Origin: Paraspadella gotoi
Lineage: Eukaryota; Animalia; Chaetognatha
Length of the DNA stretch: 64,000 bases
Reading direction: 5' to 3'
Assembly: GCA_051294375.1 (NCBI GenBank)
Contig: CM119267.1
Coordinates: 4,633,885 to 4,697,884 of the forward strand
In this document: positions 46,835-58,274 of the stretch, piece after piece
Layout: each line of letters starts with the position of its first letter
Position numbering within the stretch: position 1 is the stretch's first letter
Position numbers and translations under genes: made by a program
The notes under the pieces: model-generated
The model's database searches: none
Told to the model about the DNA's origin: nothing
Seen by the model: the letters and a program-made list of their open reading frames with translations, nothing else

Positions 46835-48665
46835 ATAACTTTTGTTAAAAAATTCGTAAAAAATAAATAAAAACATTTCCAGCCCTCGACACCCTCTGGC
46901 GAAAAGTCTGCCATTTCCGGCCATTCTTCCCCCGGTGGCGCCGTCTATACTCGACTCGGAAAACCTTTTCGATTCTCGATCGACGATGCGTGAGAATTCG
47001 TTTCGCGCTCCCGAAGCCGTCGATCTGGATCGTTCCGTCAGCGATTCTCTTGTCCAGTCATGGATTCACGACAATAGCTCACATTTTTCGTCTTCGTTGT
47101 TTCCCCGCCCACGAAGCGCCGCGAGTATGCCGCCTTTTCCTTCCGCGACGGCCGCGTCCTATCATTCGCCTTCTTTAGCTCCATCGACGCCGCCGTCAAT
47201 CGCGCCGTCAATCGCGGCATCCATGGCGTCATCCATGGCCCACACGGCGCCGCCTTCATACTTTCATTCTTCCCTCAACTCCGCCGTAGAATTGCGTCTC
47301 CGTCGCAATCCACGGAACGAGGACGACGCGGCATCCGTCTCCACTTACCATTCCAGCGCCTCTCGTGGCGCCGCTCCATCTTTTGCTTCCATCGTCGACG
47401 ACACCGACGAGCCGATGGAACTCGACGATTCCGGTTCGGTGCTTCAGACATCGAAACAATTGGGAACGTCGAACTTCGATTCGATTTCCGACGAAAGCTC
47501 GACTTCTCACGAGGACTCTCGCGTGTTGTCTCGTCAAGTCGCGCCGGCCAAAACCCGCTCCCTCAAAAACTACACTTGCTCGGATCCATTTCTCAGAAAA
47601 GAGTCAGGAATCGTGGGAAAAGCCGTCTTCTTCTTTCTTCGTTTTATTCGTTTCCTTCTTTTCTCTGCGTTGAGACTGCTGAAAATCGTGACGTTTTGCG
47701 TAGTTGCGACGTTAATCGTCGCCTTTACCGTCTACGTTGCCGTTTACGTCTTTTCGAATTACTCGGCTCCGGCGTCGTCGGAACCGCTCGTCGACGTGGA
47801 CGCCGTCGCTTTTTCTCTTCATGAAAAAGTTCACGGTCAGTCGGTCGGTGTCGATCGAATCATCGACGAACTCGATTCGTTTCTCCGATCCGACGAAAAT
47901 CGTCGTCTTCTCTCCCTCCACGGATCCACTGGCGTCGGGAAGTCGCACGTCATTAATTTGTTAAAGGAAAACCTTCCTGCCAACAGTCTCCACGTCCTAT
48001 TTCCCGATCTCGTCGTTCACGATCTCGAAAACCCCGACGCCGATCGAACGCCGCCGCTTCGGCGCTGGCTCGCGGCCCGGGTGCAAAAAGAAACTCCCTT
48101 TAAAGTGATTGTGGTAGAGAATGCCGACGCTAATTTGTTACTCATGGACGACGTGGCGGGAGCGTTGAAGGCGGCGCTGGATGAGCGTGACGCCATTTGG
48201 CGGAGAGAGCTCGCCGTTCGTCGGGCGGCGTCTCCGATGGAAGCCATCGACGGATGGATCGACTGGGTGTTCGGGATCTCCAAGGATGTCGACGAAAGAC
48301 GAGACAAGGTCTTGGTGATTGTCGTCTCTTCCGTCGGCTTTCGCCACATTAACGCGGCCGCCTACCACGGACGAGGCGAAGCAGCGGAAGCCGTCGAAGT
48401 CGTCGCCCTGGAGTCCGTCGCTCGGCACGAAGTCGCCTTCTTGACGACGTTGACTCGGTCGGGAATGACGCCGCGTCTCGTCGTCTTCTTTCCGCTTGAG
48501 AGAGACTCCTTGCGATTTTGCCTGCTTCGGGAGTTGGTCGACGTTGCAGGGACTGACTTGGAGCAGACGGTCGAGAAGCTGCTAAACAAGGCGGAATTGT
48601 TTCCGCCCAAGGACCCGATCTATTCCGCGTCCGGATGCAAGAGAATCGCCTCGCTGCATTTTTAA
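46648..48665 (+). CDS. Torsin-family AAA+ protein with a long Ser-rich N-terminus and a transmembrane segment (TOR4A-like architecture)
   Basis: Exons 46648-46790 and 46883-48665 are in phase. TM segment IVTFCVVATLIVAFTVYVAVYVF, torsin motifs LHEKVHGQ and LSLHGSTGVGKSHV (Walker A), and C-terminal YSASGCKRI (torsin GCK sensor II). Confidence 0.8.
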
Positions 48666-48996
48666 ATGTCGATTGGAAATTTATTGAGTTAAAAAGGTTA
48701 GGCCAATTGTTGCTCGATATTGTTAATCATGTTATTTGTTTACGGTTTTAAAATTAACCCACACATTCCGCCTTTTTCTCTGGGATCGATATTTCTAGTC
48801 GATTGTATTTTTTTTTTTCATCATGCTCCAACAGATATTTGAATACGATCAACTCAAAAAAGCCACAAGGAGTCGTTTTGTTTCCTTGTGTTGCAAAAAG
48901 TGACCAACTCGAGGTCCTTAAAAAAACGTATTGATTCTTCTATTATTCGTTTGGTTGTGGTCCCCCTAAGGGGCCCGATCGAGTCGAGGAGCGAAG

Positions 48997-51900
48997 ATGG
49001 TGTCGGTCATGGCCGCCATGTTGGACGAGTTGATGGGAAGAGACCGGAACCTGGCTCCAGACGATAAATCAAGAGGTATACGCTGGAATGATAAGGTAGG
49101 TTCGAGCCAGAGGAAATCCTAGTTAAGTTCTTTCCTCGTTAGTCTCATCCTTATTACTACCTATCAGTAAATTACATCGAGACTTGTACTTTACGGTAAG
49201 AGTCGTGTTTCTGAACTTGCCTAACCAGATTATTTTTAAAAAAATCTTTCGAAGCAATCTTCAAAGCCGTCGTTGAAAATTCAGAGGACCGGCTAAAAAA
49301 TACTTTTTGAGAACCTCTGTTCGTTAAGTTTTTAACTCCCAAAAACATGTTCCTATTAATATTTCCTCGCTTTGAGCTTCAAATTTGTGAACTTCCTTCA
49401 AAGCTCCTCCTTCCTTTTCCTCAGCGCGTCTGCAAGTTCTACCTCTGCGGCATGTGTCCCCACGAACTCTTCACCAACACCAAGGCCGACCTAGGCTCCT
49501 GCGACAAGATCCACGACGAGGAGCTCAAGGCCGAGTTCAACAAGGTTCCTTTCTACGACAAGACGGAAGTCTACGACGACTACGAGCGCATGATCGAGTC
49601 CCACATCCGCGAAGTAGACAAACGAATCAACCGCGGCCACCAACGCCTCAAGCTCTCCAAGGAGCAAAACGGCGAGTCCGCCGTGGCCAGCTTCCTCTTC
49701 GGGGGACCCAACGACGAGAAGGTCAAGATGCTCACGGAGAAGATTAACGAACTAGTGGATCAGGCCGAAGCGCGGGGCTGCGAGGGTGAGTTAGGAAAGG
49801 GGAGGTTATGAGCGTTTAAGATTTTCGGGTAGACGTACTGTTTTTTTAATTGATGACACTACCTTTTAATTAGCTTTATGAAATTGGTACAACCAATATA
49901 AAAATTATCCATTCATTTAATAAATAAGCTATCTTGCCCCTGACTTTGGACAGGCTTTGGTGGTTTAAGGCCTCCATCACTCTTACAAGATAATGACATA
50001 GCAGGTCCCTGCAAGCTTTCAATCAAGACTCTCTCACAGTCTCATTTATTCACTCCCAGAATACCTGGCTTCCCTATCAATGAAGTGGTATAATATTTCA
50101 AAGAATGTTTCAATTGTATGAAAAGACCACTCCCTTAAGTATTAGATCGGGGAATACTTATTGTACTCCGCACTAGCATCAAAATACAAGGAGCTGAATT
50201 TTATGAAATTGGTACAACCAATATAAAAATTTTCCATTCATTTAATAAATAAGCTATCATTTAATAAATAAGCTATCTTGCCTATGTATTTCAAGCCGTT
50301 ATTATTCGCTACTTTGGTCGTTGTTTCTTTTTTAAAAAGAAATTTTTTTTCTCAGGTAAAGTGGAGGAAGCCCAGGGCATTACTCGTCTCTGCGACCAGT
50401 TGAAAGACGAACGATTTCAATTGGCCAATCAGGGCAGCCGAATTCCTTCCATGATCGACACGGCTTTGAGGGAGGAGAAGATGATGGAAGTTTGCGAAAT
50501 TTGCGGCGCTTTTCTCATCGTCGGCGACGCGCAATCCCGCATCGACGATCATCTCATGGGCAAGCAGCACATGGGATACGCCAAGCTCAGAAATTGCTTG
50601 GGTGAGTCTCGGATTCGTTCAATTTTCGTTTACGGACTTAAACTAATCGTTTGTCTCGAAACTCTCAGCTGATCTACACGAGACTCGCCGAAAGGCGCGC
50701 GAGGAACGCGATAAAGCAAAGGCCGACGCCGAGGCAGAGCGCAGCAAAAGACGCGAGGAGAGAGAGAAGGAGCGCGAAAAGGACCGCGAAAAGGACCGCG
50801 AACGCGACGACCGCCGGCGCCGTCGCGACTCGGATGGACGAAAGGACGGGGGTCGACGCCGGTCCAAGAGCCGCGAGCGCCGAGACAGGGGCAAGGAGAG
50901 ACGGAGGTCGCGGAGTCGGGACCGGAAACGAGACAGAGACGAGAAACGAAAGAGCAGTCGCTCTCGATCTAGGAGTCGCGATCGGAGAAAGGACGATCGA
51001 AGGGAAAGAAGTCGGAGGTAGGTTCATCGGGTGGGGTTAGACAATCATGAAATAGTGAGTGGGGTCAAAGGGTCTTAAGTTTTATTCTTAAAATATTATA
51101 TTATAGCGACGGGGAGACATGTGTGATGCCTGGGGTGTGAGTCATCTCCCGACAGCTGGCGCTTGGACCTGCAGTGACCACCCAATGTCACTGGCATGTT
51201 TATGCCGACACCATCACACTTTAACCAGCGTGACCGTGAGGGGATTGAATCCGGAACTCACAGTTGATGAACGAGTTCTCTCAAATAAATAATGGTTAAG
51301 TGACTGTTAGAGAATATGAAAATAAAAATAATTTTTAAAATTTATCTTAAAGATTATTTTATTACTATATATAAAGTTTAAATTTTTTTTTTTTAATAGA
51401 TTCTGGTAGAGCTTTAAAAGTTAAGTAAAGGTTATTAATACAACTTTTTAATTTTTTTTTGTTTTATTGATAAAAATTTAAAAAAACTGTAAAATTCAGC
51501 CAATGATAATGATGTTTTTTTAAGGTTTTTTCTATATTTAACCAATTTATAGTCAAAATTTAAAAAAAATTGTAGTACTAACTTTTATTTAACTTTTCAA
51601 GCTCTATAGGAATCCGTTCTTAAAAATAAAATTTAGGAAAAAAAAATTTATCATTTATATATTAATAAATATTTAAAAGCTTCAGTGCAACAACCCAATG
51701 AACTAATTCAAAAAGTTGCATTAAAAATCGATTTAGTAATAGAAATAAAAAAGAAATTTTTTGAGAGTGTTAGGGGGCAAACCTTGTTTGTTCCTGACAA
51801 GAGAACTAGAGGTTATAAAAAGTGTTCAATTTTGGCCCGCTTTAGTACTTAGCTGTCCAAGCCAATGGGACCAGCTGAGTTTCACCAAGCTATACGAGAG

Positions 51901-52434
51901 GCGAATTTAGGATTCGCCACAATATAGAATAATAAAAATGATATAATAAAACTGTCCCGTTCCCGCACTTCTGATATTTATTATAATAATATTATAATTA
52001 TTATATTATAATAATTAATCATAATTAATTAATTAATAAGTAAGTTTTATTGATCGAGAGGTACATGGAAAATAATATTAAACATATCCAAATGTTTATC
52101 AAAAGTTTGTGTCCAACACTCCAGTCGTGACCGCGGATCCCGACGCGATAGGAACGAGAACAGAGACAAAGACAAGCGCCGGGACAAGGACGCCGATTCG
52201 AAACGAGAAAAATCTGAAGGAAAAGAGGAGCGTCCCGGTTCCGGCTCCGGTAAGGACGAAGCTAACGCCGATGCCAAAGACGCCGGGCCTTCCGGTTCCT
52301 CCCCGTCGGCCGAACCCGAGCGTCTCGAAGCTTCGGCTTCCTCGTCCTCGATCAGAGCTCAATCGGCCGGAGGATTCTCACTTTTGCAACGACTTCGCAA
52401 CGGAGAGGGATACCCCGAAGACAAGAAAGACTGA
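48997..52434 (+). CDS. LUC7L3: Luc7-like protein 3 (U1 snRNP-associated, RE/RS tail)
   Basis: MLDELMGRDRN, zinc finger VCKFYLCGMCPHELFTNTKADLGSCDKIHD, EARGCEGKVEEAQG and MEVCEICGAFLIVGDAQSRIDDHLMGKQHMGY. RD/RS-rich exons follow, the last at about 52125-52434. Confidence 0.93.
49876..50282 (+). repeat. Dispersed ~330-bp repeat family; most complete copy, with the unit restarting in tandem
   Basis: ttatgaaattggtacaaccaatataaaaatt occurs at about 49876 and again at about 50201. The body matches 29925-30285. Confidence 0.85.
51107..51285 (-). mobile_element. Possible tRNA-derived SINE remnant in a LUC7L3 intron
   Basis: GC-balanced island in an AT-rich intron, with a minus-strand B-box-like GGATTCAATCCC near its 5' end and a TATAA-repeat tail. 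Only one copy is seen. Confidence 0.3.
51390..51625. repeat. Imperfect inverted repeat (foldback/MITE-like)
   Basis: tagagctttaaaagttaagtaaaggttattaatacaac (~51407-51444) pairs imperfectly with ttgtagtactaacttttatttaacttttcaagctcta (~51569-51606). Confidence 0.55.
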
Positions 52435-52771
52435 TCTCAGAACCGTCGACTTAGCATCTTGTCTCGCCCGTCGGTTGTACATCCAGAAAATCAATTTCAG
52501 TTTCATTCGGTACCCAAATCCACGTTTTTTTTTTCGCGTAAGGCCGTGCCGTCAATGACTTGTTTTTATCAGTAAGCATTTACTTCGCAGTTACGGACAG
52601 CTCTCTTGTATATATTAGATTCTTGTTCACCGAATTGTCGCGATATATTCGTATTTCGCCGTAATCCTTAGGTTTGTTCATTAGATTTGTGATGCGAACG
52701 AACCCGGTTGTCTAGATAAATTCGCAAAACCTCGTATTTTCGCCGAAATACAACGTCGACAAAGATAAAAG

Positions 52772-54683
52772 ATGGAGGATCCTATATCCAAAAACGAGGG
52801 GCAGCTCGGGTCCGATGGAGAAGAAGCCGAGGGTCCCACTCCTCCGAAGAAAGGGCGCTCGGGTAACGAGAATGGAAAGACGGGTAGGTTTCTAGTTTTG
52901 ACTCGGTTATTTGAAGCCGATGTTTATAGTTTTTTTCTTAACTTTTCCTTTTCTCTCTTTTTCGGTCTCCTCATAAATCAGAAACGAACGGCATCAAAGA
53001 AAATCTCGCAGACTCTAAACCCTTGAAAAAACGCGGACCGCGTCCGAAGAACGACAAAAACGATGACGAAGATGATGATGAAAAGGAAGATAACAAGGGC
53101 GCTAAGGAGGAAGAGGACGAAGACGATGTCCCCGAACCCCCTCCCGTCAAGAAGCGCGGCCCCAAAGCCGCCAAACCCAAGAAGCCCGTCAAGACCCCGG
53201 AGCGCGCGAGCGGTCGCGCCCGCAGCGCCGTCAGTTACGCCGACGCCCTCGGATCCGACGATGACGACGACGCCGACGTGATTCCCAGCTACGCCCAAAA
53301 ATCGCCCCGAGGTGGCCGTCCCTCTACGCGCGGAGGAGGCGCCGGCGCCAAGCGCAAGAAGAAAGTTTACTCTCGCAATGACTCCGGATCGGAGAGCGAC
53401 AACGACAGCGACTCCGACTACGGAGCGCCCAAAAAACGCAAGTCGGTCGGTTCGCGGGGCGGCAAGGGGCGAGGCCGCGGCCGAGGACGCGGAAAACGAG
53501 CCGCTGCCGGGTCTGGTCGAGGCAGGAGAAAACGCGCCGACTCCGACGACGACGACGAGGATGAAGAGGACATGGAGATGGAGGAGGAAGAGGAACCCAC
53601 GCCCAAGAGGAGGGAACGGGCAAAAAAATCCAACTACGCCGAACCCGAATCGGACGAAGAGGAGGAGGCGAGACCCGGGGACGAGGAAGAGGAGGAGAAA
53701 AAGGGTGAGTTGATAATGCCGGTGTTAAATCTTTCCCCGACACGGACGGTTAACTTTCTGACTTACGTGCGATCGACGGCCAGGTCGCCCCAAGCTTGTC
53801 TCAAAAGCCAAGAAGCCGAAGGCGAAGAAGGAATCCGGCAGCGAGTTCGACGAAAACGACGTCGACGATGAAGACGAGGGAAAGAAGAAGAAGCCCGCTC
53901 GGGGGGCTAAGAAAGCGGAGGCGCCTAAAGGTGGGAAGGAGAGATGTCATTTTTTCATATTCGGTCTTGGACAAACGTCGCACAAAGGCGTACAATGTCG
54001 TTTTCGTTTTTGAGGCTACGTCGAGTGGGGATCCGACGATGAATACGAGAGCGGCGGCGGCGGCGGCGAAGACTCTGCCTCCTCCTACGAACCGGAAGAT
54101 AAGACGACGCGAGGGCGACGCAAGGCGGTGTACAAAGAGCTCAGCGACGAAGATGAGAGCGACGAGAACTGGGCGCCGGGGAAAGCCTTGAAGGTGAGGA
54201 AGAAGCTTCCCATATAGTTTGCTTATCTTTCATTGGTTTCTAGGCTATAACGGAAAACTTCTTGGAATATTATTTCCTCAGCCGGTACAAGGCGCGAAAA
54301 AGGGTCTGGAAAAATCACCTACCCGACGCCCTAGCGGCGGCGGAAGGGGTCGGGGCCGCGGCAGGCGTAAAGGCACCACGGGGAAGAGCAAAGCAAAGGC
54401 CAAAAAGGACGAGGACGAAGATGAAGAAGAGGAGGAGGAGGAAGAAGAAGAGGCGGAGGAGAAAGACAAGGACGAGGTGGAAGGTGACGGTGCCGATGAA
54501 GAGGACGAGGATGACAAGAAGAATAAGCATGGCAAGAATGGCAAGGCGAGCAAGACGGGCAAGGCTGGCAAGGCTGGCAAGGCGTCCAAGTCCGCAGAAG
54601 AGGAAAAAGAGGAGGAAGACGGCGAAGAAGAGGAGGAAGAAGAAGAGGAGGAAGAGGAAGAAGAAGAAGAGGAGGAAGAATAA
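52772..54683 (+). CDS. Unrecognised disordered acidic/basic nuclear protein with RG repeats, AT-hook-like motifs and a poly-Glu tail
   Basis: Five in-phase exons: 52772-52883, ~52983-53704, ~53784-53930, ~54015-54193 and 54282-54683. Motifs KKRGPRPK, KKGRPK and RGRGRGRG; ends in about 20 Glu. Confidence 0.8.
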
Positions 54684-55613
54684 AAAATGTCTGCATAAAA
54701 AATTATATTACAAAATAGTATTTTTTGGTTTACCATCAAGGTGTATAAGGTGATGCTATAAAAAAAAGGGAAAAAGTAAAAACGTGTAAAAATATAATTA
54801 GTATTTGACGACTAATTTTCGTTTTTTGTTTCGTTATAATTCTGAGGCGAAATTTATGCTCGGTGAATCCTGTTGATGTTAACATACAAGCAATTTGACG
54901 TTGTGATCATCGCCAGAGACGAAGTTTTGTAAATTATCTTTGTAGAGCAGAAATCCCTAACATTGAATTTCTTCTCAAAAGGTCGTCTTAATTTTTGCAT
55001 GCACATCCACGATTTTTCTTTTTAATGTATATCATTCAGTGTTTATTCATCCCATGTTTTTAGTTCCAATTCGTAGTTCTGTGCCAGCAGAACAAGTTTA
55101 TTGATATCTATACTGATACTCCCTTAAGTTTTTTTTCGCGTCAGTAGAGATCATCGCAAATAAAATATTTAAATTCTATTACAATGAAACACAATTTTTT
55201 CAGCGGAGTCCGTAGAACGAATTCCAGCTGTTGAGGGCTGAAAAAAACTTTTGAAATATTCATTGACGACGACGCTGTTCATAATGTTTCAATAAAGATT
55301 AAGATTCCTGCCAGTTCTCCCTTTTATTTTTGGCATTTGCATTAGAATTCACTCTGGAATCGCCCGCTGATCCCGAACAACTTCGTACTCTAAATATATA
55401 AAGATTTATTAGTTACTGTTTTTACCCATTACGTATCATGTATTTGATGTAATTGATTCTATGAGATTCGATTATATTTACTTTCATTGAAATCCCTAAT
55501 TTTTTTTCCTGTACGTATGTTTTGAGCGTATTTTTTATTTCCATTGGACATTCCTAACAATTTCTCCATAGATTGTTGTGTTGTTGCCCGTGCACGCGTG
55601 TTATAACTTTAAT

Positions 55614-57845
55614 ATGTCTCACGGAGGGACCGAACTAGAGCCTTACTTCGTCAAGGCGCTAAAATTGCTTCAGTCGCGGACCAAGGAGTCCACGAACCAA
55701 TTGAAGGCAATGTTGGATGACGTAATCGCTCAACGGAAGGGACTCAAGCCCAGGTTTATCAACGGTTGTTTGTTCTTTTATGTAGCAGCGAATGTTCACT
55801 CTATATCTTTTTTCTCTTCAGCAAAGAAAAGTCGAGTTCGGTCGAGTCCGGGACGCGAGACAAGAGCGACGCCGAGCGCAAGTCGCGCCGAGACTCTGAA
55901 TCCGGCGGCGACAATCCCGTCGTCATCTCGTCGTCGTCGTCGTCCTCCTGCTCTTCGTCCTCTTCGTCTAAATCGTCGACGGCGAAAAATTCGGATCATC
56001 GGAAGTCGGAAGCCGGCGAGAAGCGATCCGCCAAATTCGACGATGCGCTCGTCGATTTCGCCAAAAAGCCAAAGCTGTGCGGTGAGAGAAGGCGGAAGGG
56101 TTGGAGTATTCTATAAATATATTAAATATAATACTAAATCAATCTTTTATCATTTTTTCCCCTCTCCTCTCTCCAGATTCCGATCACGGCTCCTCCAAGT
56201 CCGATTCGTCCGAAGATCCCCAAGGACTTAAGACGAAAAAGAAGAAACACAAATCGGACCATCATCATCATCACCATCATCATCACCACGCGAACCACAA
56301 GAAAAAGTCGAAGAAGAACAAGCATCATCGAAAGGACGGCGGGAAGGAGAAATCCGACGAGGAGAGAAGCGAGCGTCTTTCCTCCGTCGAACTCCCACCC
56401 TCCGTCGAGGTCAACGAGGTGAGTGAAGGGAACCCAGTTTCCTTTTCAAGGTAAGTCAATTTCAATCTTGATCGAGAGAGTTCGGTGTCGACAGGTCGAA
56501 GAAAAGTTTATCAGCGGAGAAGATAGCGACGGCGATGGATCCACTTACAATAGCGAAAGCGAAGGAACTGGAGGAGGTGAGTAAATATCTTCTTTTTTTT
56601 TTTCCCACCCGGAAACTTTCTTTCTTCCTCGAGAGAGACTATCCCTAAGCGCCTTATTTGTGATTCCATCGCCAGGTTTAAGCGCGAGCGGCGGAAGCAG
56701 CGGTGTGGCCGACATCGACGCTTTCGCCGATTCGCTGGGAGTATCCTGCGTCACGTGCAAATCCTTCGACGTACAAACTGGCAATCAGTTGGTCGAGTGC
56801 CAGGATTGCCGCAGTCTCTACCATCAAGAGTGTCATCGGTCAGTCGTCGTTTTTTCTGTTGATAAGTATTAGATGAATAACAATATTTTTCTTTACGTAT
56901 TTTTTTTAATTAGACCCAAAATTAGCGACGACGATGTGAACGATCCTCGACACGTTTGGTACTGCAGTCGATGCAAGAAAAACATGAAAAAGATGGTCAG
57001 GATTTTATAAATATGTTTTTACATACTTTTTTTTACATACTTAAGACTTAAAACAATTTTCGTTCCGCGATCGACTCCAGGCCAACGAACCGCGACCTCT
57101 CGTCCCCATTTCCCCAAAGACGACGACGTCAACGACGCCGACGACAAATTCGAACAACGAGAAGTCGACGTCAGCCCCTTCCCCCGGTGCCAACGCGCCC
57201 CCGAGACTCACCTTCACTTTCACATCTACCCCCTCTGGTGAATTTTGGTTCGGTGTTTTCGCTTCCAAGTTTTACCTCGCTTTTCCACCATTTCTATCTC
57301 GCTTTTTAGGGAGTATGACGATGACCCCGTCTGCCCACCACGTGACCACCGGCGTCGCTGGAGATCACGCCTCTTCTTCGACGACCATCAGCTCCGATGC
57401 ACCTCTCAAGTCGCCCGCCAAGACCCGTGGCGCCGCCAGTGTGGAGAGTAAGTGGCGCCACCAGGCGGCGCCCACGAGCGCGACCTCTACGGCGCTTAGC
57501 GGATTGGCCAGTCTCGCCGCCAATCTGAACAAGGGCGGCGCCACTGTCGCGACGGCGTCCTCATCCTCCGCCGCGACTTCCTCGACGCCGTCCAACATCT
57601 GGGGAGCCTTTTCCTCCTCCTCCTCCTCCTCTTCCTCTTCGACTAATGCTTCGAACGGTGGGACTTCCGCCGCCAACGCCGCCACGGTCGCCACCTCCGC
57701 CTCCCAATCGGGCACGACTTCGCAGGCTTCGGGCTTGGCGGGTCTCGCCGCCAACCACGCCGCCAATCGCCGGTTGCAGGACATGAAGAAACGCGCCGCT
57801 GCCAAGACTCAGCCGCAATCCAAGAAAAACGAGGGGCGGAAGTGA
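55614..57845 (+). CDS. INTS12: Integrator complex subunit 12 (PHD finger)
   Basis: N-terminus ELEPYFVKALKLLQSRTKESTNQLKAMLDD, PHD finger CVTC...[21 protein letters not shown]...DPRHVWYCSRC, and C-terminus RRLQDMKKRAAAK. Confidence 0.9.
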
Positions 57846-58274
57846 AGAGAGAGAGAGAGAGAGAGATATATATATATATGAATTCTTTCAGCCCCATTTG
57901 GACTTACATCAATTTTTACTCTGTCGGATCCTCGTTTTTTCATTCTCACTTTTTTATCTGACCACGCATAATTTTTAACGTTTATCGATGTACTCTTTTA
58001 TGGAGTTTTCGTTGGTTGCTAACGAAAGTAAAGTCGGTGTAATTTTATGATTTAAAAAAAACCCAGAGATTATTATTTTTAAAAATCTCACCCACACTAC
58101 GTGGATTAAAAACCCGACCTTCGTAGTCGTGTGGACCCTTTCTAGCTTTTTTCCTCCCTTCTCGAACGTATCTGTGATTTATTTAACTCTACACACAGTC
58201 AATTCGAATTATGTGTGAGAAATGATCGTTACGCGCCGGTCCATCCGTTTACGAGACTATGCGCCTTTTAAACT

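Noticed and set aside
51900-51930. Helitron 3' end (hairpin GGCGAAT/ATTCGCC)
   Set aside because: There is no CTRR terminus at the expected spacing and no second copy in the window.
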